A stretch of DNA of 64,000 nucleotides from a virus. The notes under the pieces were generated by a model. That model was not told the DNA's origin. It did no database searches and saw only the letters and a program-made list of their open reading frames with translations. This document shows positions 36,152-45,039 of the stretch, piece by piece. Location: positions 160,001 to 224,000 of the IMG/VR virus record IMGVR_UViG_3300045988_155520. One strand, written 5' to 3'. How positions within the stretch are numbered: position 1 is the first letter of the stretch; every line of letters begins with the position of its first letter. A program made the translations under genes and the position numbers.

Positions 36152-36310
36152 ATGACAGCAAAAGAAGAATTAATAGAAAAAATACTTGCATACGATAAAG
36201 CATTTAACGAGAAAACTAAGAACTATAAACAATTTGTTATATGCACAAATGCTGAAATAGCAAAACTGTTTAGAGAAAAATTAGAAGAAAATAATAATTC
36301 ACTAAAATAA
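36152..36310 (+). CDS. Small hypothetical protein (52 aa)
   Basis: Below the track cutoff. My translation: MTAKEELIEKILAYDKAFNEKTKNYKQFVICTNAEIAKLFREKLEENNNSLK. Confidence 0.4.
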   Translation: MTAKEELIEKILAYDKAFNEKTKNYKQFVICTNAEIAKLFREKLEENNNSLK

Positions 36311-36328
36311 CAAATGCTGATTAACATT

Positions 36329-36340
36329 ATATTTATATTA
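36329..36340 (+). promoter_or_regulatory. Copy of the conserved motif (ATATTTATATTA)
   Basis: Lies 21 nt upstream of ATG 36362. Confidence 0.4.
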
Positions 36341-36361
36341 TATAAAAAAAATATTAATATA

Positions 36362-36740
36362 ATGTCAAAAAAAAATTATTAGATTAACCGAATCAGATAT
36401 ACATCGCATGGTAGAGAATGCCACATATAGAATTATAAAAGAAATGTCCGAAAGCGGTGTGGATAAGGAAGGAAATAATTACTTCGCAGTTAATAAAAGA
36501 ACTGGTTTAATAGTTTATGGTTGGGATTACAGAGATTACGAACCATCTGAATTGAAAAGTTTTAAAAATGATTATTTCTTTCAAGATTTAAAAGACAACG
36601 ATTTGAATCCAAAAGATTACAAAATTGTAACTGGTAAATATCTACAAAGAAATGGCGTAGACATTAACGACCAAATGAATTGTTGGTCAAATAATGGAGA
36701 ATTGTCATGCGCAGAAGAACGTCAGCAAAATACGATTTAA
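36362..36740 (+). CDS. Hypothetical protein whose start codon (36362) is out of frame with the body (track ORF 36408..36740) because of an A9 tract
   Basis: The body frame reads ..KKIIRLTESDIHRMVENATY.. with no in-frame ATG before 36408. With A8 it would read MSKKIIRLTESDIHRMVEN. Confidence 0.55.
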
Positions 36741-36760
36741 ACGCAATTTATTCATATGAA

Positions 36761-36799
36761 AAGTCACACTTCCTACTATAAAAATAGGTTGTGTGACTT
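36761..36799 (+). terminator. Rho-independent terminator
   Basis: AAGTCACAC-N21-GTGTGACTT, followed by CTTTTTT. Confidence 0.65.
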
Positions 36800-36806
36800 C
36801 TTTTTT

Positions 36807-37586
36807 CTATTCTTCTTTATTCATATCACAATACTCGTCATAAGTAAACAAACTTAAATCATCCATTAATATACAAGCTGTAAAACAATCTATACAAGCA
36901 AAATCTTTATACATAACTGGAACTTCACCGACATTCGTGTGACCGAAGATTTGCATCTTGCAATCCCCAATTCTCTTGTCATCATAGAACTCTCTTAAGT
37001 CACACCATAAACAAGAACCAGTTTTATCATATCCACCACGCATTTCACCAATCTGACCAAGCAATCTTACAAATTTATCTCTTTTGTTTGCCTTATCAGA
37101 TACCTTGGTAGTGAATAAAACATCCCATTCGTCTTTGTCATACTTATTCTTAAGTTCTTTATACCAAGAATGACTAATTCCAGCATGAGAGAAGTACACA
37201 ATTTCTCCACCAATTTCTTCTCTACAAGCAAAACGCATATCAAGAGGTTTCATTACATCATTGAAAATTCCTTTAATTGTATTTTCAAATTTATCACTGT
37301 AACGTGTACTTACTGCAATATCATAAAAATAATCACTAATATAATGAAAATCATGATTACCTACAAGGAATCTATATAGATTAGGACTTAAATTCTTTGT
37401 AACGGTATCATATAAATCTAAGAAGTTTTTAATAGCATCCGTTTCAGTTATTCCCTCAGATGGATAAGGGTCAAAATAATCACCAATAAAGATAATTCTC
37501 TCTACATCCAACTTTCCATCAATCACATCTTGTATCGGCTTCTTCCAAAAATCCCGACCGTGTATATCTCCAATTAATAAAATCAT
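36807..37586 (-). CDS. Ser/Thr-phosphatase-like / ApaH-like metallophosphoesterase
   Basis: Motifs LLIGDIHGR, FIGDYFD, VGNHD, FSHAG and IFGHT. Confidence 0.75.
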   Translation of the reverse strand: MILLIGDIHGRDFWKKPIQDVIDGKLDVERIIFIGDYFDPYPSEGITETDAIKNFLDLYDTVTKNLSPNLYRFLVGNHDFHYISDYFYDIAVSTRYSDKFENTIKGIFNDVMKPLDMRFACREEIGGEIVYFSHAGISHSWYKELKNKYDKDEWDVLFTTKVSDKANKRDKFVRLLGQIGEMRGGYDKTGSCLWCDLREFYDDKRIGDCKMQIFGHTNVGEVPVMYKDFACIDCFTACILMDDLSLFTYDEYCDMNKEE

Positions 37587-37611
37587 ATCATTTATTTTTT
37601 AAATTACTTTG

Positions 37612-37619
37612 CAAAGATA
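37612..37619 (-). promoter_or_regulatory. Bacteroidota-type -7 box
   Basis: Sense TATCTTTG, 26 nt upstream of ATG 37586. Confidence 0.6.
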
Positions 37620-37704
37620 CAATTTTTAATTTGAATAATAAGAAAAAGTTCGTTAAAAATATATAAATAACTGATTTATATTTGCCTATATAAAGTATTA
37701 TGAC

Positions 37705-37712
37705 TATCTTTG
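37705..37712 (+). promoter_or_regulatory. Bacteroidota-type -7 box
   Basis: TATCTTTG, 41 nt upstream of ATG 37754. Confidence 0.6.
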
Positions 37713-37753
37713 TATCATATTAAAAAAATAGTAGTACATTAAAAATAAAATTT

Positions 37754-38527
37754 ATGGTATTTCAAATTGATAACAAGGATTTTGATTCTTCAATTTTTAC
37801 AAGATTCTCTAGTAATTCTAAATTTGTAAGATTATGTAATGAACTATACAATAGAATTGAGTGGGACTTAATGTTTACAAATGACAATGATGATAAAGAA
37901 TTTACATTTGAATACAAGCAAAACATTGTTGAATTTATTGATACAATAACACTTAGGGTTGTTATTATTCAAAACCGTATGTATAAACGTTTGCCTATTA
38001 TTCAATTTGATAATGATGAGGTAGTTAGTGGTACTAATCAGTTGAGTAATCCAACCGTCACTTTATTTTTGAATAGTATTGATAAAAAGGAATTTGTAGA
38101 GAATTTTGGTATGACAATAGATTTTCTAAATATTCTATGGAATACGATATACAAAAAGTACCACAATATTCAATGGGGTGAAATTCAATCTTTTGACCCA
38201 TTATCATGTGATATGACAATTCTTATTGAAATTTATAAATTATTTCCTCATTGGTCCCATGCAGGTATTACAATGCTTCATTTCACTGACCATGAAATGC
38301 TATTTCAAAAGATAATGAAAACTCAAGATGAAGTCTATTTCTTACAAAGATGGTTTTATACTATTGATGTTATTAATAAGGACGATAATGATTTTAAAAA
38401 TCATTTCACAAAAGCATTCAATGTAGATATTTCTGAATTTGAAAAATTAAGACAAAGGTTAATATTCATGTATTTGCTTTACTTGAGATATTACTCATTT
38501 ATTTCTAAAATGTTTTATAAAAAATAA
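37754..38527 (+). CDS. Hypothetical protein (257 aa), paralog A
   Basis: ORF track. Similar to 38558..39352 along the whole length (e.g. FTRFSSNSKFVRLCNELY / FTSFSHDSKIVELCNELY). Confidence 0.7.
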   Translation: MVFQIDNKDFDSSIFTRFSSNSKFVRLCNELYNRIEWDLMFTNDNDDKEFTFEYKQNIVEFIDTITLRVVIIQNRMYKRLPIIQFDNDEVVSGTNQLSNPTVTLFLNSIDKKEFVENFGMTIDFLNILWNTIYKKYHNIQWGEIQSFDPLSCDMTILIEIYKLFPHWSHAGITMLHFTDHEMLFQKIMKTQDEVYFLQRWFYTIDVINKDDNDFKNHFTKAFNVDISEFEKLRQRLIFMYLLYLRYYSFISKMFYKK

Positions 38528-38557
38528 ATTGCATGTCAAACTAAAATAAAAACGAAT

Positions 38558-39352
38558 ATGAACGTACAAAGTTATAATAATAATTTTAATCTTTCAGAAT
38601 TTACAAGTTTCTCTCATGATTCTAAGATTGTGGAATTATGTAATGAATTATATGAAGAGGCAAAAAAGAATGTATATAAATGTAGTGAACATCTATCAGT
38701 AACATCGGTAAATAAATATACACCTATTGTAGATATTGAAATTTGTAATAGTTTATCAATGAGTATATCTATTTCACCAGATAACAATGTTAATATACCA
38801 TATTATATATTTAGTGATATGTTTCAGATGGTTAGTGATACTAACCAGTTCAATAATCTTACTATAGTTTTATATCTTACTAATTTTGAGAAAGAAAATT
38901 TTATAGAGTGTGCTGGACAAAGTATAGACCAAATTCTAAGAATTTATAATACAATCAATAAGAAAATAGATTATGATAAGTGGAATGATATAACTTCCAT
39001 TGATTCAACGAAAGAAAATATAACATATCTTTCAAGACAAATACTTAGCTTTTTGGAAGAAAATGCACGTATCGTTTATTGTATTAATAATCGTCCTGAA
39101 ACTTTAAACTCACAAGAACTGGACAAGATAAAAGAATATATAGATTTATTTAAGTGTTGGTTGTATACAATAGATGTCACGAAAAAAGATGATAAAGAAT
39201 TTGAAAAGTTATTTACTGAAACATTTTTTTCCTCTTATAATAGTAAACTCTCTGATTTTAATAACTTAAGAAATACTTTAATATTTGCATTATTCGAAAG
39301 TTTAAAACTTTACTCTATACTTCTAAAATATTTTAACAATGGAACAATATAA
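38558..39352 (+). CDS. Hypothetical protein (264 aa), paralog B
   Basis: ORF track. Overlaps the methyltransferase gene by 14 nt. Confidence 0.7.
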   Translation: MNVQSYNNNFNLSEFTSFSHDSKIVELCNELYEEAKKNVYKCSEHLSVTSVNKYTPIVDIEICNSLSMSISISPDNNVNIPYYIFSDMFQMVSDTNQFNNLTIVLYLTNFEKENFIECAGQSIDQILRIYNTINKKIDYDKWNDITSIDSTKENITYLSRQILSFLEENARIVYCINNRPETLNSQELDKIKEYIDLFKCWLYTIDVTKKDDKEFEKLFTETFFSSYNSKLSDFNNLRNTLIFALFESLKLYSILLKYFNNGTI

Positions 39353-40595
39353 GAGAACATATAATACAGAATGGGACTTTAACAATGTCAACACAAAAGA
39401 ATACACTCATTGCTATCACAAATATCCAGCAATGATGATTCCACAGGTGGCAAGAAAACTTATTGAAGAATATAGACCAGATGGTCAAATTAAAACCATT
39501 CTTGACCCATATATGGGAAGTGGTACAACTCTCGTAGAATCACTTCTTGCTAACATTAATGCTATCGGTACAGATATTAATCCGCTTGCAAGATTTATTA
39601 GTGAAATTAAGACAACCACATACGATATTAATGCGATTATTAACGATTATAAATTAATAGATAAAGAAATATTATCTTACGATATTAATAAAGCTGTAAA
39701 ACAAGATTATTCTCGTTTGATAAACTATCTGTACTGGTATAAAGAAGATGTCTTATTAAAACTTTCATACATAGAACAAACTATAAAAGTATGTGCATCA
39801 AGACCTAAATTCTTTTTGCTAATTTTAGCCGAACTTGTCAGAGAAGTATCTTACACAAGAAAAAGTGAATTTAAACGTTATAAAATGACTGATAAACAAA
39901 TCGCTAATTTTAATCCAGATGTGTTTGGTTTATTCTATAAAATAGTCGCACGGAATATTAAGGGGCTGAAAGAATTTAATGGAAAAATCTCACATGATAG
40001 ATGTATGAGTTCTGCACAGATATGTAACTTCAATAGTGTATACGAAATACCAAATGATATTATAGAAGATGAAACTATTGATATGGTTGTAACTTCACCG
40101 CCTTATGGGGATAGTAAAACAACTGTAGCTTATGGACAATTTTCAAGTTGGGCAAACCAATGGTTTAATTTCAATGACACAAAAAATATTGATAGACTAT
40201 TGATGGGAGGGGTAAAACAAACGGAAGAAACATTTACCACAACATCAATTAGAGAAGAATTAGACCAAATAAAAAATATAGACTATAATAGATATAAAGA
40301 TGTAATAGCATTCCTTAATGACTATAGTAACTCTATTAGAAATGTTGCAAAGAAAGTTAGAACAAAAGGAAAAATATGTTATGTGGTTGGATGTAGAACC
40401 GTGAAAGGTATACAGATTCCTCTTGACTATTTTACAGCCGAGATGTTTGAACAGAATAATTGCAAACATATAGAAACTATAGTTAGGAATATTCCAAGTA
40501 AAAGAATGCCATCTAAAAATAGTCCAACAAATAAAGTCGGAGAAACAGTAACAACAATGAATCACGAATATATCGTGATAATGGAAAAGATGTAA
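39339..40595 (+). CDS. DNA amino-methyltransferase (N6-A or N4-C); motif I precedes motif IV
   Basis: HKYPAMMIPQ, DPYMGSGTT (aa 56-64) and VTSPPYGDS (aa 251-259), with about 190 aa between motifs I and IV. Confidence 0.78.
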   Translation: MEQYKRTYNTEWDFNNVNTKEYTHCYHKYPAMMIPQVARKLIEEYRPDGQIKTILDPYMGSGTTLVESLLANINAIGTDINPLARFISEIKTTTYDINAIINDYKLIDKEILSYDINKAVKQDYSRLINYLYWYKEDVLLKLSYIEQTIKVCASRPKFFLLILAELVREVSYTRKSEFKRYKMTDKQIANFNPDVFGLFYKIVARNIKGLKEFNGKISHDRCMSSAQICNFNSVYEIPNDIIEDETIDMVVTSPPYGDSKTTVAYGQFSSWANQWFNFNDTKNIDRLLMGGVKQTEETFTTTSIREELDQIKNIDYNRYKDVIAFLNDYSNSIRNVAKKVRTKGKICYVVGCRTVKGIQIPLDYFTAEMFEQNNCKHIETIVRNIPSKRMPSKNSPTNKVGETVTTMNHEYIVIMEKM

Positions 40596-40675
40596 AACAA
40601 ATTGTTCAAAATAAATAATATGTTCAATAATAATGAACAAGTTAAAAATGTTGAACACAAATAAATTATAAAATA

Positions 40676-41374
40676 ATGAATAAAGAAATAAAAAACATAG
40701 ATGGTATACTTTATCAAGTAATAGACACTAAACTCTATTATAAAGGGACTTTATATATAATAAATCAATCAATAGATAAATTACCTGATAATTTAGTTGT
40801 AGATGGAGACCTTATTATTCATAATTGTTGTTTTTTAAAAAGAATACCTCATAAATTGAATGTTAATGGCTCATTGTATATCAATGAATGTAATATAAAA
40901 TCATTACCATGTAGTCTGAAAGTGAAAAATAATATAACACTTATCGGCTGTAGACAATTTACAACACTACCAAATAATTTAAATATTAATGGTCATCTTA
41001 CAATTGTAAATTCACCGATATTATCAATACCAGATAATATACATGTAGGACAGTCAATCACATTACGTTCAACCTCTATACAAAAACTCCCAAACAACTT
41101 AACAGTTAAAAGAGAACTTACTCTTAGTCATTGTTATGATTTAACTGTTTTACCAGAAAATTTAAAAGTAGAATATAATCTTATTCTGGATAGTTGCATT
41201 AACTTGAATACAATTTCAAAAAATACAATAGTCGGAAGTTATATGACTTTGAAAGATTGTTTTAAACTTACAGAACTACCAGAAGATTTAAAAGTAGGAA
41301 ATTTTATATTCTTAAAAACCTCATACTTAAATAATATACCAAATCACTTAAAAGAAAAGGTGATGGTTTCATAA
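40676..41374 (+). CDS. LPxNL(T/I)V-type leucine-rich-repeat protein (232 aa), paralog 1
   Basis: Repeats of about 22-23 aa such as LPNNLNINGHLTIVNSPILSIPDNIHVGQSITL. Confidence 0.72.
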   Translation: MNKEIKNIDGILYQVIDTKLYYKGTLYIINQSIDKLPDNLVVDGDLIIHNCCFLKRIPHKLNVNGSLYINECNIKSLPCSLKVKNNITLIGCRQFTTLPNNLNINGHLTIVNSPILSIPDNIHVGQSITLRSTSIQKLPNNLTVKRELTLSHCYDLTVLPENLKVEYNLILDSCINLNTISKNTIVGSYMTLKDCFKLTELPEDLKVGNFIFLKTSYLNNIPNHLKEKVMVS

Positions 41375-41392
41375 ATTAAATGTTACGACAGA

Positions 41393-43456
41393 ATGAAACA
41401 AGAAAATAAAATATATAAAGAAATAGACGGTGTTAAATATGAAGTAAGAGATAATAAATACTTTTACGATGGTGACTTGAATATAGATAAAACAAATAAT
41501 GGTTATCTACCAGATAATTTAACTATATCAGGACATTTATATGCAGATAATTATGACAAAAATTTAGAACTCCCTAAAAACTTGACAGTTGGAGAAGATT
41601 TAAACTTGTATAATACACCAATAAAAACTTTACCGTCAGGTTTAATTGTAGGTGGAGATTTAGATGCAGACAATTGTACAATGCTGAAAGTTATACCTGA
41701 TTCATTAATTGTTGGAGGTAATTTAACTCTAAGCAATTGTACCAATCTCGTAGAACTATTAATTACTAAAGTTGGGGGGATATTAGATGTTGAAAACACA
41801 AAAATTAAAAAACTGCCAGATAATCTTATCGTTGGAGATTCCCTTTGGCTTGGATATACAAATATAACCGCATTACCAAATAAAATAACAGTAGGACGCT
41901 CCATTGATTTAAACGAAACCCCAATTGAATATATACCAAATGATATCGTTATTGGAGAAAATCTTATATTAAACAAATGTAAAAATATTTACACATTACC
42001 TGATAATATTACAATAGGTAATGACCTGTTTATTGAACGTTCAAATATTAAGACCTTACCACAAAATTTAACGGTGATAGGTGATTTGTTCTTATACTAT
42101 TACCAGAATATAAAAACTTTACCAGATAATATAATCGTACACGGAAATGTTTTTGCGGATGATTCAAGTATTAATAATACCTATGTTAATAAAATTATAC
42201 CCGAGAATGTAATCCATAAATTAAATGATTTACATAATATGGTGATTATATGGGAAAGAAATAATATAACATATATAAAAATAGGAAAACTCTTTACTGT
42301 AATTGATTCAAAATACCAAAACGTTTATCATGCACACGTACTCGGTGATGATACAAAACTATATATCTTAACTGACGGAGAAAATCATTGGGCATACGGA
42401 AAAACTAAAGAAGAAGCATGGATAAAACTTATGTACTCTATCAAAAGAGACCATATCATATACTATCATGATATGAGAATGAACACCAAAATTACAATAG
42501 AAGATGCTTCAAGTATGTTTAAAATAATAACAAATATATTTCATCAAGATATGAATAAAATTGATAACCCATTTAGATTTATACAACAAAAATATATTAC
42601 ATTAAATGATTTATATACACTGCTGAAACTACAATTCGGAAATGATGTGGTGGATAAATATATTAATGCCATAAATTCAACAGAACAATGCGATTGTACA
42701 GCGAAATATAACGATAATATTAAAACACTAACTGCATTTAAACCAATCATCATTACTCTTAATGGTGTGGGATTCTATAAAAAATTAAATCAAAAAATAC
42801 AAAAGCCATTCGATTCTAAGTTTAATAAACTTATGAATGAAACGCTTATATATCTTCTCGAAAATCTACCATATACAAAAGTTGGATATACATGGAGATA
42901 TGAAATGAATATCATTATTAATATTCCAACATATTTTAATACAAATGCACTGTGGAAAAGAGATGTATCAAAAATACAAAGTATTGTAGCATCAATGGCA
43001 AGCACATTCTTTACAAGAGAATATCATGAACTTTTCCAAACAGAAAATAATACAATACTCTTTGAATTTGATTGCCAAACATGGAATACACCAACAGTAG
43101 AAGATGCATATAATTGGTTAGTGTATAGACAAGAAGAATGTATTGATAATAGCATAAAACGTTTCGCAAGATTCTTCTTAACAATTGGAGAAATGAAAGG
43201 GAAGACATCAGAAGAACTTATCAAATATCTCATAGAACATTATAATACAAATTGGAATCATGAGAAAGCAGATAATAAGTTCGGAAGAATATTCATAAAA
43301 GAAAAAGTGATTCAATTCGATATAGATGAAAAAACAAATGAACAAAAAGTATATGGAAAAGAAGAATGGGAAAGATTATCAGTATTCTTCTTCACATTAA
43401 AAGATGAGAAAATAAAAGAGATTATTATCAACGAAATGAATAAAACAGATGAATAA
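41393..43456 (+). CDS. LPxNL-repeat protein fused to a shared middle module and a C-terminal Thg1/TLP-like domain (687 aa), paralog 2
   Basis: Repeats at aa 38-250. Middle module IWERNNITYIKIG...LTDGENHWAYG. The C-terminal PIIITLNGVGFYKK..KPFDSKFNKLMNET..GYTWRYEMNIII..SKIQSIVASMAS..FDCQTWN..NWLVYRQEECIDNSI follows the Thg1-like family pattern. Confidence 0.7.
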   Translation: MKQENKIYKEIDGVKYEVRDNKYFYDGDLNIDKTNNGYLPDNLTISGHLYADNYDKNLELPKNLTVGEDLNLYNTPIKTLPSGLIVGGDLDADNCTMLKVIPDSLIVGGNLTLSNCTNLVELLITKVGGILDVENTKIKKLPDNLIVGDSLWLGYTNITALPNKITVGRSIDLNETPIEYIPNDIVIGENLILNKCKNIYTLPDNITIGNDLFIERSNIKTLPQNLTVIGDLFLYYYQNIKTLPDNIIVHGNVFADDSSINNTYVNKIIPENVIHKLNDLHNMVIIWERNNITYIKIGKLFTVIDSKYQNVYHAHVLGDDTKLYILTDGENHWAYGKTKEEAWIKLMYSIKRDHIIYYHDMRMNTKITIEDASSMFKIITNIFHQDMNKIDNPFRFIQQKYITLNDLYTLLKLQFGNDVVDKYINAINSTEQCDCTAKYNDNIKTLTAFKPIIITLNGVGFYKKLNQKIQKPFDSKFNKLMNETLIYLLENLPYTKVGYTWRYEMNIIINIPTYFNTNALWKRDVSKIQSIVASMASTFFTREYHELFQTENNTILFEFDCQTWNTPTVEDAYNWLVYRQEECIDNSIKRFARFFLTIGEMKGKTSEELIKYLIEHYNTNWNHEKADNKFGRIFIKEKVIQFDIDEKTNEQKVYGKEEWERLSVFFFTLKDEKIKEIIINEMNKTDE

Positions 43457-44648
43457 TGTAATAAAACAATTTGTTAAAGAAACTGGTTACAATTTAGAAA
43501 TAAGGAATGGAAAACCATATTATATTGGCGATTTGGATTTACGTGATATCACTATCTCATCTATTCCAAATGACCTAACTGTAGATGGAAATTTATTTCT
43601 AAAAGGCGATAACGCTAAATTGATGCCAGATAATTTAACAGTATTAGATAAATTATCAATATGGTGTGCTAATATTAAATCCTTACCTAATAATCTGATA
43701 GTAAGATATGGATTAGATTTTATAGACTCCACAATAGAAAATATCCCTAACAATACTGTTATTGGAGGATGGCTTAATTTAAGTGGTACAGCAATTACAG
43801 AGTTACCTGATAACCTAACCATTGGAGGAACTCTTTACCTACTTAATAGTAAAATCACTTCATTACCAAATAACTTAACTGTAGGAGGCGGAATTGATTT
43901 ATCTAATAGTTCAATTAAAACGATACCTCAAAACTTAACAGTACATACTTTTTTAGATTTAGGTGATACAAATATCACATCACTTCCAGATAATTTAACT
44001 GTAGGAGGTTATCTTGATTTGGAATATTCAAATATTATTAAAATTCCTAATAATTTAACTGTATATGGCTATCTTTGTTTGGAAGGCACAAAAATTGAAG
44101 AAGTACCAAATGATTCATTAATATATGGCTGTATATACTATAATGATAATCGTATGGTTCACCCATCACTCCCTTTAGAGGATTATGACAAACGTCAAAA
44201 ATTCCGAAATGAACCTATCTTCTGGGAATCTAATGGGGTGAGGTATATTAAAGTGGATGATATTCTTAGTATCATTGATTCTCAACATGGCAATGTTTAT
44301 CGCACTCATCAGGTCGGTTATGATAAAGAATTATATATTGTTACCGATGGAGAAAATAATTGGGCACATGGTGAAACCCTTAAAGAAGCAAAACTTGACC
44401 TAATTTATAAAATTTCAGACAGAGATACATCCGCTTACAAAAACATGTCACTTGATGATGTCTTGACGTTTGAAGAAGCTATTATAGCATATCGTACCAT
44501 TACTGGTGCATGTTCAGCTGGTACAAGAGATTTTATAGAACACCGACTACCAGAACCACGCAAGAAAACATATACAATAGGAGAAATTATTGAATTGACC
44601 GATAATGAATATGGTAGTGATAAATTTAAAGAGTTTTTTGGAAAATGA
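43449..44648 (+). CDS. LPxNL-repeat protein with the shared middle module (399 aa), paralog 3
   Basis: Repeats, then FWESNGVRYIKVD...VTDGENNWAHG. 8-nt overlap with the upstream gene. Confidence 0.72.
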   Translation: MNNVIKQFVKETGYNLEIRNGKPYYIGDLDLRDITISSIPNDLTVDGNLFLKGDNAKLMPDNLTVLDKLSIWCANIKSLPNNLIVRYGLDFIDSTIENIPNNTVIGGWLNLSGTAITELPDNLTIGGTLYLLNSKITSLPNNLTVGGGIDLSNSSIKTIPQNLTVHTFLDLGDTNITSLPDNLTVGGYLDLEYSNIIKIPNNLTVYGYLCLEGTKIEEVPNDSLIYGCIYYNDNRMVHPSLPLEDYDKRQKFRNEPIFWESNGVRYIKVDDILSIIDSQHGNVYRTHQVGYDKELYIVTDGENNWAHGETLKEAKLDLIYKISDRDTSAYKNMSLDDVLTFEEAIIAYRTITGACSAGTRDFIEHRLPEPRKKTYTIGEIIELTDNEYGSDKFKEFFGK

Positions 44649-44672
44649 TTATTAACAAGTTATTTAAAATAG

Positions 44673-44966
44673 ATGAAGAAAAATTTAAAATTAGAAAACT
44701 TACTTAGAGAATTTTTAAATATTATGGTAAAACGATATACTTGGCTTACTATAAAATTTGAATATAACGAAAATAAACAACAATATCTTGTATCATATTC
44801 ACCTAAAGATAGAATACAAAGTGATAATGAATTTATGACAGATAGTATGATGTTGGAAGATATGTTTAATGATTTTTTTGGAGAATATGCACCACTGTTC
44901 TGTGATGAAGAAGAATATTTCAAACTATCTCCTAATGCAGAAGTAATAAAATATGAAAGCAAATAG
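44673..44966 (+). CDS. Hypothetical protein (97 aa)
   Basis: ORF track. Preferred over the antisense low-complexity ORF 44660..45016. Confidence 0.55.
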   Translation: MKKNLKLENLLREFLNIMVKRYTWLTIKFEYNENKQQYLVSYSPKDRIQSDNEFMTDSMMLEDMFNDFFGEYAPLFCDEEEYFKLSPNAEVIKYESK

Positions 44967-45010
44967 ATAAATAATAAAACTATAAAGTAATTTATATAGT
45001 ATACGAATAT

Positions 45011-45039
45011 AAGCATTGCGAAAATTAATCGTAGTGCTT
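45011..45039 (+). terminator. Rho-independent terminator ending the rightward arm
   Basis: AAGCATTGCG-N9-CGTAGTGCTT (with G-U pairs), followed by ATTTTAGTTTT. Confidence 0.6.

Noticed and set aside
44660-45016. Track ORF 44660..45016(-), 118 aa
   Set aside because: It is a hydrophobic low-complexity antisense of the more protein-like plus-strand ORF 44673..44966, which continues the rightward operon and is followed by a plus-strand terminator.
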